From Campylobacterota bacterium (GTDB lineage: Bacteria; Campylobacterota; Campylobacteria; Campylobacterales; Sulfurimonadaceae): 56,960 nucleotides of DNA. The position numbers and the translations under genes were made by a program. This document shows, piece by piece, positions 42,093 to 52,687 of the stretch. A model generated the notes under the pieces. It saw nothing but the letters and a program-made list of their open reading frames with translations, did not search any database and was not told the origin of the DNA. How positions within the stretch are numbered: the stretch's first letter is position 1; the number at the start of each line of letters is the position of its first letter. Where the stretch lies: NCBI GenBank assembly GCA_034661055.1, contig JAYEKO010000016.1:1-56960 (forward strand), given 5' to 3'.

Positions 42093-43151
42093 ATGTTACT
42101 CTATCTTCATATTCCATTTTGTGATTCTAAATGTCACTACTGTAGTTTTAACTCTTATGTTGAAAAATTTCATCTGAAAAATAGTTACATGAATGCCCTG
42201 CATCTACAGCTAAAAAATAACCTTGAACGTTTTAAGATTTCACCTCACTCCATAGAGACACTATTTATTGGAGGAGGCACGCCTTCAACCATAGACCCAG
42301 AACTCTATATGCCAATTTTTGAGACTATAAAGCCCTATTTAAAAGCAGATGCCGAAATTACTTCTGAAGCTAATCCAAATAGTGCTACACGCTCATGGCT
42401 ACAGGGTATGCACTCACTTGGTCTAAACAGAATTAGCTTTGGTGTACAGAGTTTTAATAATGATAAACTTAAACTTTTAGGACGCTCTCACAGCAGCAAA
42501 GACGCTCTACTAGCCATTGAAGAGGCATCACGCATAGGGTTTAAACACATCTCGCTTGATCTAATCTATGCTACTGCCAACGATAGTGTCTCACTGCTGA
42601 AAAACGATCTCAATACTGCATTTTCACTACCAATAGATCATTTAAGCGCTTATGCGTTAACCATTGAAGAGGGAACTGTTTTTCAACGCACTCCTGAAGT
42701 GGCACGTGAAAAGTTAGAATTGACTGAGTGGTTTTTAAACAGCATCAAAGAGAGAGGCTTTAATCAGTATGAGATATCTAATTTTGGAACATATCAAAGC
42801 AGGCACAACCTTGGTTATTGGCAGTACAAACCATACTTAGGCATTGGTGCTGGTGCGGTAGGCTCTATTAACAATGTGAGAGAATATCCTCATCGTGATA
42901 TTGAGGCATATATTGCAGATCCTACATTTGTCAAAAAAGAGAGGCTTACTTCTCAAGAGATTAAAAATGAACGCATATTTTTAGGACTGCGCAGCATTGT
43001 AGGAGTTAATACAGAGCTTTTAAACTCTCAAGAATATGAACGTGCCATCTTACTCATAGAAGAGAATAAGCTTACATGTAAAAAAAATGGTATTTTATAT
43101 AATAATGATTATCTGCTTAGTGACGAAATTGCTATGTTTATAGAAGACTAG
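42093..43151 (+). CDS. hemW: Radical SAM heme chaperone HemW
   Basis: LYLHIPFCDSKCHYCSF, GGGTPS, YEISNF and the HNxxYW motif (HNLGYW). Confidence 0.9.
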   Translation: MLLYLHIPFCDSKCHYCSFNSYVEKFHLKNSYMNALHLQLKNNLERFKISPHSIETLFIGGGTPSTIDPELYMPIFETIKPYLKADAEITSEANPNSATRSWLQGMHSLGLNRISFGVQSFNNDKLKLLGRSHSSKDALLAIEEASRIGFKHISLDLIYATANDSVSLLKNDLNTAFSLPIDHLSAYALTIEEGTVFQRTPEVAREKLELTEWFLNSIKERGFNQYEISNFGTYQSRHNLGYWQYKPYLGIGAGAVGSINNVREYPHRDIEAYIADPTFVKKERLTSQEIKNERIFLGLRSIVGVNTELLNSQEYERAILLIEENKLTCKKNGILYNNDYLLSDEIAMFIED

Positions 43152-43285
43152 ATGTTACCAAAAGAGTCACAAAAGTAGCAAGCTTAAAAATTATCACTCA
43201 AAACTATTACAATTTAATATTATTTACTAAATTAGTAGTTTAAACTGTACTTAATTTTATTACTTCACACTAAAGGTATTTTGAG

Positions 43286-46051
43286 ATGAGTAAAAAAACA
43301 ATATCAATTGAACTAAAGCTATTTTTTCTGACACTAATTCCTGTACTTGTTCTGTTTTATTATGCAGCTATTGGAAGTTATCATGAATATAAAAGTTTCT
43401 CCAATGCTTCAGCACTAGAACAAGAGGTAAAAATAGGAGTCATCTCTGCAAACCTAGTGCATGAACTTCAAAAAGAACGTGGCTTTACTGCTGGCTTCTT
43501 AGGAAGTGATGGCAACAAGTTCTCTAATGAGCTCTTGGCACAATATGATCCTACAGACAGCTTGATTCAAGAGCTTAAAAATCATCTTTTAGATAAATCA
43601 CTGCATCTTCCACCTAATATCAATAAACCTCTTAAAGAAGCATTAGTAAAGATGAAGTCGCTATCATCGCAACGTAGTAATATATCAGCTATGAGCACTG
43701 CAGTACCTGAAGCTATAGGTTATTATACCTCTATCAATACACTACTACTCAATATGCTTGTTCAGGTTTCTAAAGAGAGTAAAGATTTAGAAACAACAAA
43801 AGAGCTAATAGCATACAGCAGTTTTTTACTATCTAAAGAGAAAGCAGGCATTGAACGGGCCATTGGAGCCAGCACATTTTCTAAAGATAGTTTTGCGCAA
43901 GGAAGTCGTACAAAATTTAATAATCTAATTGCGATGCAAAATAGCTATATGGATACATTTTTATCCTTAACATCTAAAAGTAACAGTGACGCTTATTCAA
44001 GCAATTTAAATATTGATGAGATTAAAACCATCCAGGAGATGCGAAAAAAAGCTCTTGAAGCTACAAATATTGGTGGCTTTAATATTGATGCTTCCGGATG
44101 GTTTAATACAGCCACTAAAAAGATCAATATGCTTAAGGAGACTGAAAACTTCCTGTCATCCAAGCTTAAAACATCAGACAAACATCTTGATAAAGCGTGT
44201 CAACTTGATAAAAAACTGGCAATGCTTCTTCATGAGACACAAAAAGAGCGCGGAATGACGGCTGGATACATTGGATCTAAAGGTAAAAAGTTTTCTGAAG
44301 CTCTAAAAAAACAGAAACTTCTTACTGCAGCAAAGTTTCATGATTTTAAAACACTTTACGATAAAACTGATCTGCTACAACATCCAAAAGCTTTTGTAAA
44401 CGAAATTACAGCAGTAATTTCACTATACCATGGATTACCAGAGATTAGAAAACGTGTTGTATCAAAGAGTATTGGTGTTGGTGAGGCCATTAGTTACTAT
44501 ACGAAAATGAATAGCTCAATGTTGGAGTGTATAGCACATACAATCAACATCGCAAAAGGTGGCTTTTGTGTCCGTAACCTCAATAGTTTTTATGCTTTTT
44601 TAATGGCTAAAGAACGTGCCGGAATTGAACGTGCTATTTTGGCAAATACATTTGCACTCAACCACTTTGCAAAAGGTATGAAAGAGAAACTTGTTCGTAT
44701 TATAAGTGAGCAAAACAGCTTTCTTACTATTTTTAAAGCCAATGCTCTACCTGAAGCATTACAATACTTTAAGCAGAAGCAGCAAACCAAACCTTTTAAA
44801 GAGGTTGAAAAACTACGCACTGCTGCCCTTGGTACCCAAAGTATTGGTGGCTTTGGAGTAGATTCAAAAAAATGGTTTAAAGCTATGAGTGCTAAAATCA
44901 ATGCACTTAAAACTACACAAAAAGATATTGAGAACACCATTACTACTAAAATTAAAACATTTAAATCCGATGCCTACTCAACTCTTATTATGAATTTAAT
45001 AATATCTGCGGTTGCAATGGTATTAATATTGGTCATAGGGTATCTTTTAGCGCAAAATATCATCTCAAGGTTAAAACAGCTACAGAACGCTTCACAAGAC
45101 CTCTCTATAGGTGAAGCTGACCTTACCAAGAAAATCTTAGGTATGGGAGAGGATGAGATGGGTGCTGTTAGTAAAGAAATCAACAGTTTTATTGATCGAA
45201 TTCTTACCTTGGTTCAAGAGAGTAAAGAGATATCCAGCAATAATATGGACAAAGCTATCTTGCTAAGTGATGCCAATGTACTACTTAGAGACAAGGCAAA
45301 AAAACGAAATTCACTTGTAAATGATATTTCTGAAAAAAGCCTACAGACTAACGAGCACCTTCAAGACTCTGTAGCACACTCAAAAGAGACACTAACAAGC
45401 ATGCAAGATGCTAGCCAAAATCTTGAAAGTGCCTCTTTGCATCTTGTAACAATGCATAAGAAAATTGAAGTGACTTCACAAAATGAGATAGAGACAGCTG
45501 AACACTTAGCTCAAGTATCACAAGACACTGATCAGATCAAAGATGTACTCAGAATCATATCAGACATTGCAGACCAGACAAACCTGCTGGCACTTAATGC
45601 TGCAATTGAAGCTGCTCGTGCAGGTGAGCACGGTAGAGGTTTTGCTGTTGTTGCCGATGAAGTACGTAAACTCGCCGAGAAGACACAACACACTTTAGCA
45701 GAGATTAATGCAACTGTAAATGTTGTTGTTCAGGCGATTAATGATGCCAGTGATGCGATGAATAGAAACTCACAAAGTGTTATTGAGGTCTCCACTATGT
45801 CAAATGAGGTAAATCAAAGAATTAACACTACTGCCTTAACTGTTGAAGAGAGTACTCAAAAAATGCAAGAGAGTGTTAATGCAATCACAGATGATTTAGA
45901 AAATATGAATGAAATTTCAAAATACTCAAATCAGATTGAGGAGATTTCAAAAGAGACATCAGTGATTATGTCAGATGTCATGATAGCATCTGATGAGTTA
46001 AAGACACTTTCTGGTGAACTAAGCAGCAAACTTCATGAGTTTAAAACATAA
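43286..46051 (+). CDS. Methyl-accepting chemotaxis protein with tandem NIT domains
   Basis: Two HE.QKERG...KE.AGIERA units, a HAMP domain and the MCP signature [33 protein letters not shown]. Confidence 0.92.
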   Translation: MSKKTISIELKLFFLTLIPVLVLFYYAAIGSYHEYKSFSNASALEQEVKIGVISANLVHELQKERGFTAGFLGSDGNKFSNELLAQYDPTDSLIQELKNHLLDKSLHLPPNINKPLKEALVKMKSLSSQRSNISAMSTAVPEAIGYYTSINTLLLNMLVQVSKESKDLETTKELIAYSSFLLSKEKAGIERAIGASTFSKDSFAQGSRTKFNNLIAMQNSYMDTFLSLTSKSNSDAYSSNLNIDEIKTIQEMRKKALEATNIGGFNIDASGWFNTATKKINMLKETENFLSSKLKTSDKHLDKACQLDKKLAMLLHETQKERGMTAGYIGSKGKKFSEALKKQKLLTAAKFHDFKTLYDKTDLLQHPKAFVNEITAVISLYHGLPEIRKRVVSKSIGVGEAISYYTKMNSSMLECIAHTINIAKGGFCVRNLNSFYAFLMAKERAGIERAILANTFALNHFAKGMKEKLVRIISEQNSFLTIFKANALPEALQYFKQKQQTKPFKEVEKLRTAALGTQSIGGFGVDSKKWFKAMSAKINALKTTQKDIENTITTKIKTFKSDAYSTLIMNLIISAVAMVLILVIGYLLAQNIISRLKQLQNASQDLSIGEADLTKKILGMGEDEMGAVSKEINSFIDRILTLVQESKEISSNNMDKAILLSDANVLLRDKAKKRNSLVNDISEKSLQTNEHLQDSVAHSKETLTSMQDASQNLESASLHLVTMHKKIEVTSQNEIETAEHLAQVSQDTDQIKDVLRIISDIADQTNLLALNAAIEAARAGEHGRGFAVVADEVRKLAEKTQHTLAEINATVNVVVQAINDASDAMNRNSQSVIEVSTMSNEVNQRINTTALTVEESTQKMQESVNAITDDLENMNEISKYSNQIEEISKETSVIMSDVMIASDELKTLSGELSSKLHEFKT

Positions 46052-46119
46052 GTAAGGTACGTCAAATAAATGTTTGGCTAAAATCTTTGTTCTATAAATT
46101 TTAATAAAAAGATTCAAAT

Positions 46120-46539
46120 ATGTTTGGAATGGGTTTTACCGAAATAGTTATTATCGCCATAATTGCCATACTTTTTTTAGGGCCAGACAAGCTTCCTGAA
46201 GCTATGGTTCAGATTGCCAAATTTTTTAAAAGTGTAAAACAGACTGTAGGTACAGCAAAAGAGTCTATTGAACACGAACTCAATGTAGCAGACATTAAAG
46301 AAGAGGCGCTAAATTATAAGAAACAACTCACTGATGCTAGCAGTAAGCTTAATGATGTTGCTAATTTTGGAGATTTAAATGATGAGTTCAATGACCTTAA
46401 AGATGACATTGTAAGCAGTGCAAGTGATAATACACAGAGCAAAAAAACACCTTCTAAGACACCTAAACCTGAAGTGGTGACTTTTGCAAAAGAGACAAAG
46501 AAAAAAAATGAAAAATTAGTAGATGGAGAGGATGTTTAA
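46120..46539 (+). CDS. tatB: Twin-arginine translocase subunit TatB
   Basis: Motifs MFGMGFTE and LGPDKLP; precedes tatC. Confidence 0.93.
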   Translation: MFGMGFTEIVIIAIIAILFLGPDKLPEAMVQIAKFFKSVKQTVGTAKESIEHELNVADIKEEALNYKKQLTDASSKLNDVANFGDLNDEFNDLKDDIVSSASDNTQSKKTPSKTPKPEVVTFAKETKKKNEKLVDGEDV

Positions 46540-47324
46540 TGTTTGAAGATTTACGTCCCCATCTAATTGAACTTAGAAAACGTCTTGCTATCTCTGTTGG
46601 TGCCATTATTGGTATGTTTTTTGTTGCTTTCTTTTTTCATGAGCCTCTTTTAGAGTGGATTGTTGAACCCTTAAATGTAGCCCTGGCAGAAGTAGGTAAA
46701 AAATCGGTTCATGCTGCTGATGGAATGGTAACTACCAATCAAGTCGGTGGAGCATTTTTTGTAGCACTGAAAGTTGCATTTTTTACAGGAATTTTAGCGG
46801 CTCTTCCAGTAATATTGGGACAGATTTGGATGTTCATTGCCCCAGGACTGTATGCAAATGAAAAAAAAATGATTATTCCATTTATTGTGGGTGGAACGGT
46901 AATGTTTGGCATAGGCGTTGCCTTTGCTTACTACGTCGTTACCCCTTTTGGATTTGATTTTTTAATTACCTTTGGTAGTTTTAAATTTACGCCACTTATT
47001 AATATTGAAGATTATGTTGGATTCTTTACTAAAATTATGTTTGGTTTTGGAATTGCATTTGAACTCCCTATTTTTGCCTATTTCTTGGCACTATTAGGGC
47101 TTATAAATGACCGTCAAATGGCAGCATTTTTTAAATATGCTGTTGTTATTATTTTTGTTGTTGCTGCACTTTTGACACCACCAGATATTTTAACGCAACT
47201 CTTAATGGCAGGACCACTTATTATTTTATATGGTCTCTCTATTCTTATTGTTAGAGCAGTTAATCCTGCACCAAAAGAAGAAGATGATTTAGAAGAAAAG
47301 TATGAAAGTGAGTCAAAAGCATAG
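46539..47324 (+). CDS. tatC: Twin-arginine translocase subunit TatC
   Basis: Motifs HLIELRKRL, FIAPGLY..EK and LTPPD. Confidence 0.96.
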   Translation: MFEDLRPHLIELRKRLAISVGAIIGMFFVAFFFHEPLLEWIVEPLNVALAEVGKKSVHAADGMVTTNQVGGAFFVALKVAFFTGILAALPVILGQIWMFIAPGLYANEKKMIIPFIVGGTVMFGIGVAFAYYVVTPFGFDFLITFGSFKFTPLINIEDYVGFFTKIMFGFGIAFELPIFAYFLALLGLINDRQMAAFFKYAVVIIFVVAALLTPPDILTQLLMAGPLIILYGLSILIVRAVNPAPKEEDDLEEKYESESKA

Positions 47325-48346
47325 TGCTAGACCCACTTCTTACCTCTAGCTACGACTACACCCTCCCTAAAGAGCTTATTGCCACCCACCCTGTAGAACC
47401 ACGTGAGAATGCACGACTTCTTGTCTATAACAGAGCAACAAAGAGCATAATACATAGTCATTTTTATGAGTTAGAGCATTTTTTACCTAAAGAAATTGCC
47501 ATTATCTTTAATGACACCAAGGTCATTAAAGCCAGACTTTTTGGAGCTAAGAAAAGTGGTGGAAAAATAGAACTTTTAATTAATCGTCCGCTAGATGCTC
47601 ACACAATTAATGTTTACATTAAAGGACGTGTCAAAGAGAAAATGGAACTCTTTTTTGACAATGAGTTAGTTGCAACTGTTACGGCGCTTCACGAAGATGG
47701 AAGTCGAGACGTTCAATTTACATGTAATTCTCAACTACTGCGTTTTGAAGAACTACTGCCAGTTATTGAGAAAATTGGTCATATTCCTCTGCCACCCTAC
47801 TTGAACCGAGATGATGAGAAAATAGATGAAGAAGACTATCAGACAGTATTTGCCCACCACGAAGGTGCGGTAGCTGCTCCAACAGCATCACTGCACTTTA
47901 GTGATGAGCTTTTTAAAAATACATGTAAAAATCACAATAGTGCTTTTGTTACTCTGCATGTTGGTGCAGGTACTTTTAAACCTGTTGAGAGCAACACCAT
48001 AACAGACCATCCCATGCACTCAGAATATTTTGACATATCAGATAAAGCCAAAGAGATTTTAGAAGGGGATAAGCAACTGCTTTGTGTGGGAACCACTTCA
48101 ACTAGAACTGTAGAGTATTGGGCACGAACTAAAGAGACTCATGGTGAAGCAAACCTTTTTCTTCATCCCAATAATAAACCGTTACGTACGGACTCTTTAC
48201 TAACGAACTTCCACCTACCTAAGTCAACACTTTTAATGTTAGTAGCCTCTTTTATAGGCTTGAAAGAGACCCACAAAATATACGCTGAAGCCATTAAAAA
48301 AAAGTACCGTTTTTTTAGCTATGGCGATGCGATGTTGATTATTTAA
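47324..48346 (+). CDS. queA: SAM:tRNA ribosyltransferase-isomerase
   Basis: Motifs FNDTKVIKARL, AAPTASLHF, TNFHLPKST and FFSYGDAM. Confidence 0.96.
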   Translation: MLDPLLTSSYDYTLPKELIATHPVEPRENARLLVYNRATKSIIHSHFYELEHFLPKEIAIIFNDTKVIKARLFGAKKSGGKIELLINRPLDAHTINVYIKGRVKEKMELFFDNELVATVTALHEDGSRDVQFTCNSQLLRFEELLPVIEKIGHIPLPPYLNRDDEKIDEEDYQTVFAHHEGAVAAPTASLHFSDELFKNTCKNHNSAFVTLHVGAGTFKPVESNTITDHPMHSEYFDISDKAKEILEGDKQLLCVGTTSTRTVEYWARTKETHGEANLFLHPNNKPLRTDSLLTNFHLPKSTLLMLVASFIGLKETHKIYAEAIKKKYRFFSYGDAMLII

Positions 48347-48971
48347 TATGTTTTGAGGAGCAGAGTGTTGCTGCAATTCCTGTACTAAATCCAATTGCCA
48401 CATCACTCCAAGTCTTTCCAGAGTGTAAATCATAACACGCTTTGTTAATTGAACGCAGTGCCTTACTTGCAGTAAAGTCAAAAAGATCAATAAATCCGTT
48501 AGCTTGCATCACACCCTTGTCGTAACTATAAGGCATTGGAACAGTTTTTGTAATACCATTCATTGTAATGTCAACTGTAAACATTCCAGTCTTTGGTTTA
48601 CCGCGTTCACGTTTACCTGCTTTAATACCGACAATTTTAGCAATAATAGTACTCCCGTTCATCTGTTTAAAGAAATATTTTACTAATGTCTCATCACGGC
48701 CTTTATTGCTTGAGTTAACACTTGCTGTATCAATTTTTACTGTTGAGCCTACCATGATTTCACGAAAATTTTTACCACTTGGTGCAATCGAAGTGTATTT
48801 TACAGAATCAAACGTACCGCCTACACCAATCTTTGCAGGAGTCTTATAGGCTTTCCATGTAACACTGACTTTTCCCTGTTGTGCCAAAGTACAACCACCA
48901 TTAGCAGCACTCATTTCAACTGCACTACTCAATGTTAGTGTAAGTAACATTGAAAGAATAATTTTTAACAT
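48339..48971 (-). CDS. YceI-family periplasmic lipid/polyisoprenoid-binding protein
   Basis: Signal peptide, VGGTF, TASVNS.N..RD and TMNGITK. Confidence 0.82.
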   Translation of the reverse strand: MLKIILSMLLTLTLSSAVEMSAANGGCTLAQQGKVSVTWKAYKTPAKIGVGGTFDSVKYTSIAPSGKNFREIMVGSTVKIDTASVNSSNKGRDETLVKYFFKQMNGSTIIAKIVGIKAGKRERGKPKTGMFTVDITMNGITKTVPMPYSYDKGVMQANGFIDLFDFTASKALRSINKACYDLHSGKTWSDVAIGFSTGIAATLCSSKHIK

Positions 48972-48989
48972 TGTAATCCTTTTATTTCG

Positions 48990-49397
48990 TTATAGTGAAG
49001 GCAACCCCTCTTTTTTCCACTGATTAATGCCATCATCTACATTATAAGGGTTAAACCCATGTTTTTTTAAGATTCGTGATGCACTAATACTGCGATTACC
49101 ACTTCGACAGTAAACTAAAATCTTTTTATCTCTACTTTTTTCTATTTTAGAGAGATTCTTTTCTAAATCACCCAGAGGAATTAATACCGAGCCTTTTATT
49201 TTACCGTCATGTGCATACTCCTCTTGGGTACGAACATCAAGCAACACTATACCATTTGGCTCACTTTTTAATAGCTCATATGCTTGACTTACACTAACTC
49301 TCTCAAAATCTGCAAGAATATACCCTTTTTGATAGAGAAAAAACAGCCCTGCAAATGCCAATAATATTAAAGATAGACCATCACCCATACGTTTCAT
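48990..49397 (-). CDS. Membrane-anchored single-domain rhodanese
   Basis: LLDVRT.EE and active-site YCRSGNRS; N-terminal TM. Confidence 0.9.
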   Translation of the reverse strand: MKRMGDGLSLILLAFAGLFFLYQKGYILADFERVSVSQAYELLKSEPNGIVLLDVRTQEEYAHDGKIKGSVLIPLGDLEKNLSKIEKSRDKKILVYCRSGNRSISASRILKKHGFNPYNVDDGINQWKKEGLPSL

Positions 49398-49406
49398 TTA
49401 ACCTCA

Positions 49407-50480
49407 TTATTTCATAAAATAGTATACAGTAGCCACAACAGCCAATCCGACAATAACTGCTGCCGAAATTTTTACCACACTATAGGGTCTCTCACCACTA
49501 ATATCACCATTTCTACCATTAATTACATAAGAGTAAGTCTTACTATCAAATGTAAATGCTGATGCATAAATAGGAAGTAAAATATGTTTAAATGTGATGT
49601 CAGAGTAGTCGCTCTGTAATGCGTTAATTTCTTGTTCATCACCACCAATTTGACGTTTTATCAGAGCACGTATTTTATGCTCCATAATGTTTTTGGCTTG
49701 AACAAGACCTACATCAAGTTCAACTGAGTAGACCTCACTCTCATAACCACTTAAAAAAGATTCATCATAATCTACTAAATTCTCTAAATCCCAATCTAGA
49801 AGTGACTGATTAAGTGATTCTGTTGCCATGACTAGTACATCATCAAAGTCGTGACTCACATTACCGCTCACATTTACCCAGTTAATATGCTCTTCTTCTT
49901 CAGTATAAAGCTCTGTTCTACCGTTAATCATACGCTGTTTACTGACGGTCTCATAGTACTTATCACCTCGACGACCGGTGTAGTGACTAAAGGTACTGGC
50001 ATCATAAGTCCAGTAAGGAATATATACCCCTTCTAGCTTAGAATCTTCAGCCCCGTAACGTTTAAGTTTATCTGGAGCAAACCAGTGACTTTTTAACCAA
50101 CTCTTAAAAACTTCTCTTGCCTCTTTTTTAGTGACTTTAAAAGGTAAAAGAGCTTGAGCTTTAATAGGTCTATAGAGTGCAGTTTCATTGACAATAGCAC
50201 TTCCACAAAAAGGACACTCTGAAGCGTGAATATCTTCGTGTAGATCAAAAACTGCAGCACATGTAGGACATTTACTACTCGTTATTTCACGAGAAGGTGC
50301 ATCTGAAAGGTTTTTAAGAGTAGCAATAACACGGTTGTAATCTTTTTCTACCACTTGCGTAAATGCTCTCTCTATGAGATTAATATGGGAGCAGTAAGGA
50401 CATTTTAACTCTCCAGTTGCTACTGAAAAGTTAAGTTTTGCCCCACACTGCTCACAAGGGAATATAACTTCTTTATTCAT
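49407..50480 (-). CDS. Double Zn-ribbon protein with a C-terminal membrane anchor (YdjG-like)
   Basis: CEQC/CPYC and CPTC/CPFC pairs, YIPYWTYD, INGRNG, C-terminal TM. Confidence 0.8.
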   Translation of the reverse strand: MNKEVIFPCEQCGAKLNFSVATGELKCPYCSHINLIERAFTQVVEKDYNRVIATLKNLSDAPSREITSSKCPTCAAVFDLHEDIHASECPFCGSAIVNETALYRPIKAQALLPFKVTKKEAREVFKSWLKSHWFAPDKLKRYGAEDSKLEGVYIPYWTYDASTFSHYTGRRGDKYYETVSKQRMINGRTELYTEEEEHINWVNVSGNVSHDFDDVLVMATESLNQSLLDWDLENLVDYDESFLSGYESEVYSVELDVGLVQAKNIMEHKIRALIKRQIGGDEQEINALQSDYSDITFKHILLPIYASAFTFDSKTYSYVINGRNGDISGERPYSVVKISAAVIVGLAVVATVYYFMK

Positions 50481-50489
50481 CTAAGTCTT

Positions 50490-51590
50490 CTAAGTTGGAA
50501 TAGGAGGTGGTGTAACTGAAAATAGTGAGGCTAAATCTTCAAGAGAACCTGCGCTCTCCCATCCATTCATTCCCTCTCTCCAGCATAAGGTCTCTTTTGT
50601 AATCTCTGCACTATGTATTGAGGTTTTAATCTGCTCTAGTGTTAAAGGACCTTTTGAGGCGCCTGCAATAACAACATGATAGGTCTGCGCTTTGGGAATT
50701 GGAGGCGGTGTCACAGTAGCCGTATTGTGTGCACCTAAATTTGCTGCCATCTGCTGAGCCATAGCAAAACCCATACCCATGCTCATAGCATCTCCAGCAG
50801 TTGAAGCACCACCCTCACCTGAGCCACCACTGCTGAATGCTTCTGCTGCACTGTATTTCATATAGTCATCTAAATTACCTGCTAGTCCCATACTGCTTCG
50901 TTTATCAAGAGCCGCTTCTACATTAGGAGGCAGAGAGATATTTTCAATTAGTAATTTGGTAAGCTCAAGTCCATAAGCACTAAATTCAGGAGCAATTTTT
51001 TCCTCAACAAAGTCACTCATCTGCTCATAATTTGCAGCCAAATCTAAAATTGGAATATTTGCTTGTCCTACAATAGTTGCAAAACGTGAGACAATTAGGT
51101 TTCTAAGCTGATCACTCACTTCATCAACAGTAAAGTAACCATCAGTACCGACAATCTCTGTTAAAAATATCTCCGGATCTTCAATACGAATACCATAGGT
51201 TCCAAAAGCACGAATACGCACTGGACCAAACTCTTTATCTCGTAACATCAATGGGTTTTTGGTACCCCATTTTAGATCTATAAAACGGCGTAAGTTAAAA
51301 AAATAAATTTCAGCCTTAAAAGGACTTTGAAATGCATGATCCCAGTGCTGCAGTGTTGTCATAATTGGCATATTTTGAGTCTCTAACTCATAAATACCAG
51401 GCATGAAAATATCGGCTATTTCACCCTCATTGACAAAAACCGCCACTTGACTCTCACGAACCGTAAGCTTTGCGCCGTACTTAATCTCATTGCCGTATCT
51501 ATCAAAGCGATATACCATTGTATCGCTGGTACTGTCAGTCCATTCAATGACATCAATGAACTCACCCATTAACTTATCGAAAAATCCCAT
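50490..51590 (-). CDS. SPFH/band-7 domain protein with a C-terminal GYF_2-like domain (YdjI-like)
   Basis: Motifs LTVRESQVAVF, SPFKAEIYF, KWGTKNP and GP...WREGMNGW...PPPIP. Confidence 0.85.
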   Translation of the reverse strand: MGFFDKLMGEFIDVIEWTDSTSDTMVYRFDRYGNEIKYGAKLTVRESQVAVFVNEGEIADIFMPGIYELETQNMPIMTTLQHWDHAFQSPFKAEIYFFNLRRFIDLKWGTKNPLMLRDKEFGPVRIRAFGTYGIRIEDPEIFLTEIVGTDGYFTVDEVSDQLRNLIVSRFATIVGQANIPILDLAANYEQMSDFVEEKIAPEFSAYGLELTKLLIENISLPPNVEAALDKRSSMGLAGNLDDYMKYSAAEAFSSGGSGEGGASTAGDAMSMGMGFAMAQQMAANLGAHNTATVTPPPIPKAQTYHVVIAGASKGPLTLEQIKTSIHSAEITKETLCWREGMNGWESAGSLEDLASLFSVTPPPIPT

Positions 51591-51592
51591 TG

Positions 51593-52684
51593 TTACGCCT
51601 CCTTAGGTGCTTGTATCTGTTCTTGTCTTGCCTGAGAAGCCAGAAGTGACTCTTTTAGCTCTTTCTCTAAAACAACAAGTTCTGCTTCTGCTTTTTGACG
51701 GGCCGCCTTACCTTCATCTGCAATGACTAGACCATCTTCAATGGTCTCAATCAACAGTTGATTGGCAAGCTTAACACTCTCTATGTCAAAAATACCACGT
51801 TCGGCAAGCTCTCTTGTCTGACGATTTGCCTCTTTTAGATTTTTAGCATTAGCTTCTAAAAGCTCGTTGGTCAGGTCCATAGCCTCTTTTAAGACTCCAC
51901 CAGCTTTTTGGTTTCTGTAAATAGTGATGGTTTGTGCCAACTGGTTTTTCCATAGTGGAACCGTGTTGACAAGAGTTGAATTTATTTTATTTATGAGTGT
52001 TTTGTCATTATCTTGAACCAGACGAATTGAGGGGAGTGACTGTAGTGCCACTTGGCGCGTTAGCATTAAATCATGAACACGTCTCTCAAAATCATCTCGT
52101 GAGGCACGCATATCTTTTAGCTCTTGTGCTTGAAGCATATTGTCACTCTCTTTAGCTTTATCTTCTAAGAGTGGAATATCTGTACCGTCTAAAAGCTCAA
52201 GTTTTTGACCACCTGCAACAATATAGTGCTCAAGTTCGTGAATATAGTTTAAATTGGCATCATAGAGACGATCTAATGCTTCAATATCATTAAGAAGTGT
52301 TCCTTTTTGACGTTCTAGTTCATCAGTAATGGCTTCAATCTGCTCTTTAGTATCTTCATATTTGTTTAAAAATACCGCTAGTGGTTTTGCTCGACCAAGA
52401 AGTTTATCAAAAAAACCAAGCTCACGGTTTGGGTTAAGGGCAGCGACATCAAAGCCTTTAATCGTCGCAATCATATTTGAAAGTGGTGCTCCCGCTGGTC
52501 CTAAGTCTTTACCTTTAACTCCCTCTAACATAGAAGAAGAGACTGTTGTCACCTCCTCTTGCGCCTTAGAGCCAAATGTTATAATTGAAGCACTACTGCT
52601 TAAATCTATCTTCTCAACTAAACTACCCACTGCCTGTTCATCTTGCACTTCAATTGCTGCAATCTCTTTTGTTGTCACTTCCAC
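51593..52684 (-). CDS. Toxic anion resistance protein (TelA/KlaA/YaaN family)
   Basis: FGSKAQ, ERRVHDL, PSIRLVQ and TVPLWKNQL; coiled-coil character. Confidence 0.9.
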   Translation of the reverse strand: MEVTTKEIAAIEVQDEQAVGSLVEKIDLSSSASIITFGSKAQEEVTTVSSSMLEGVKGKDLGPAGAPLSNMIATIKGFDVAALNPNRELGFFDKLLGRAKPLAVFLNKYEDTKEQIEAITDELERQKGTLLNDIEALDRLYDANLNYIHELEHYIVAGGQKLELLDGTDIPLLEDKAKESDNMLQAQELKDMRASRDDFERRVHDLMLTRQVALQSLPSIRLVQDNDKTLINKINSTLVNTVPLWKNQLAQTITIYRNQKAGGVLKEAMDLTNELLEANAKNLKEANRQTRELAERGIFDIESVKLANQLLIETIEDGLVIADEGKAARQKAEAELVVLEKELKESLLASQARQEQIQAPKEA

Positions 52685-52687
52685 TGC

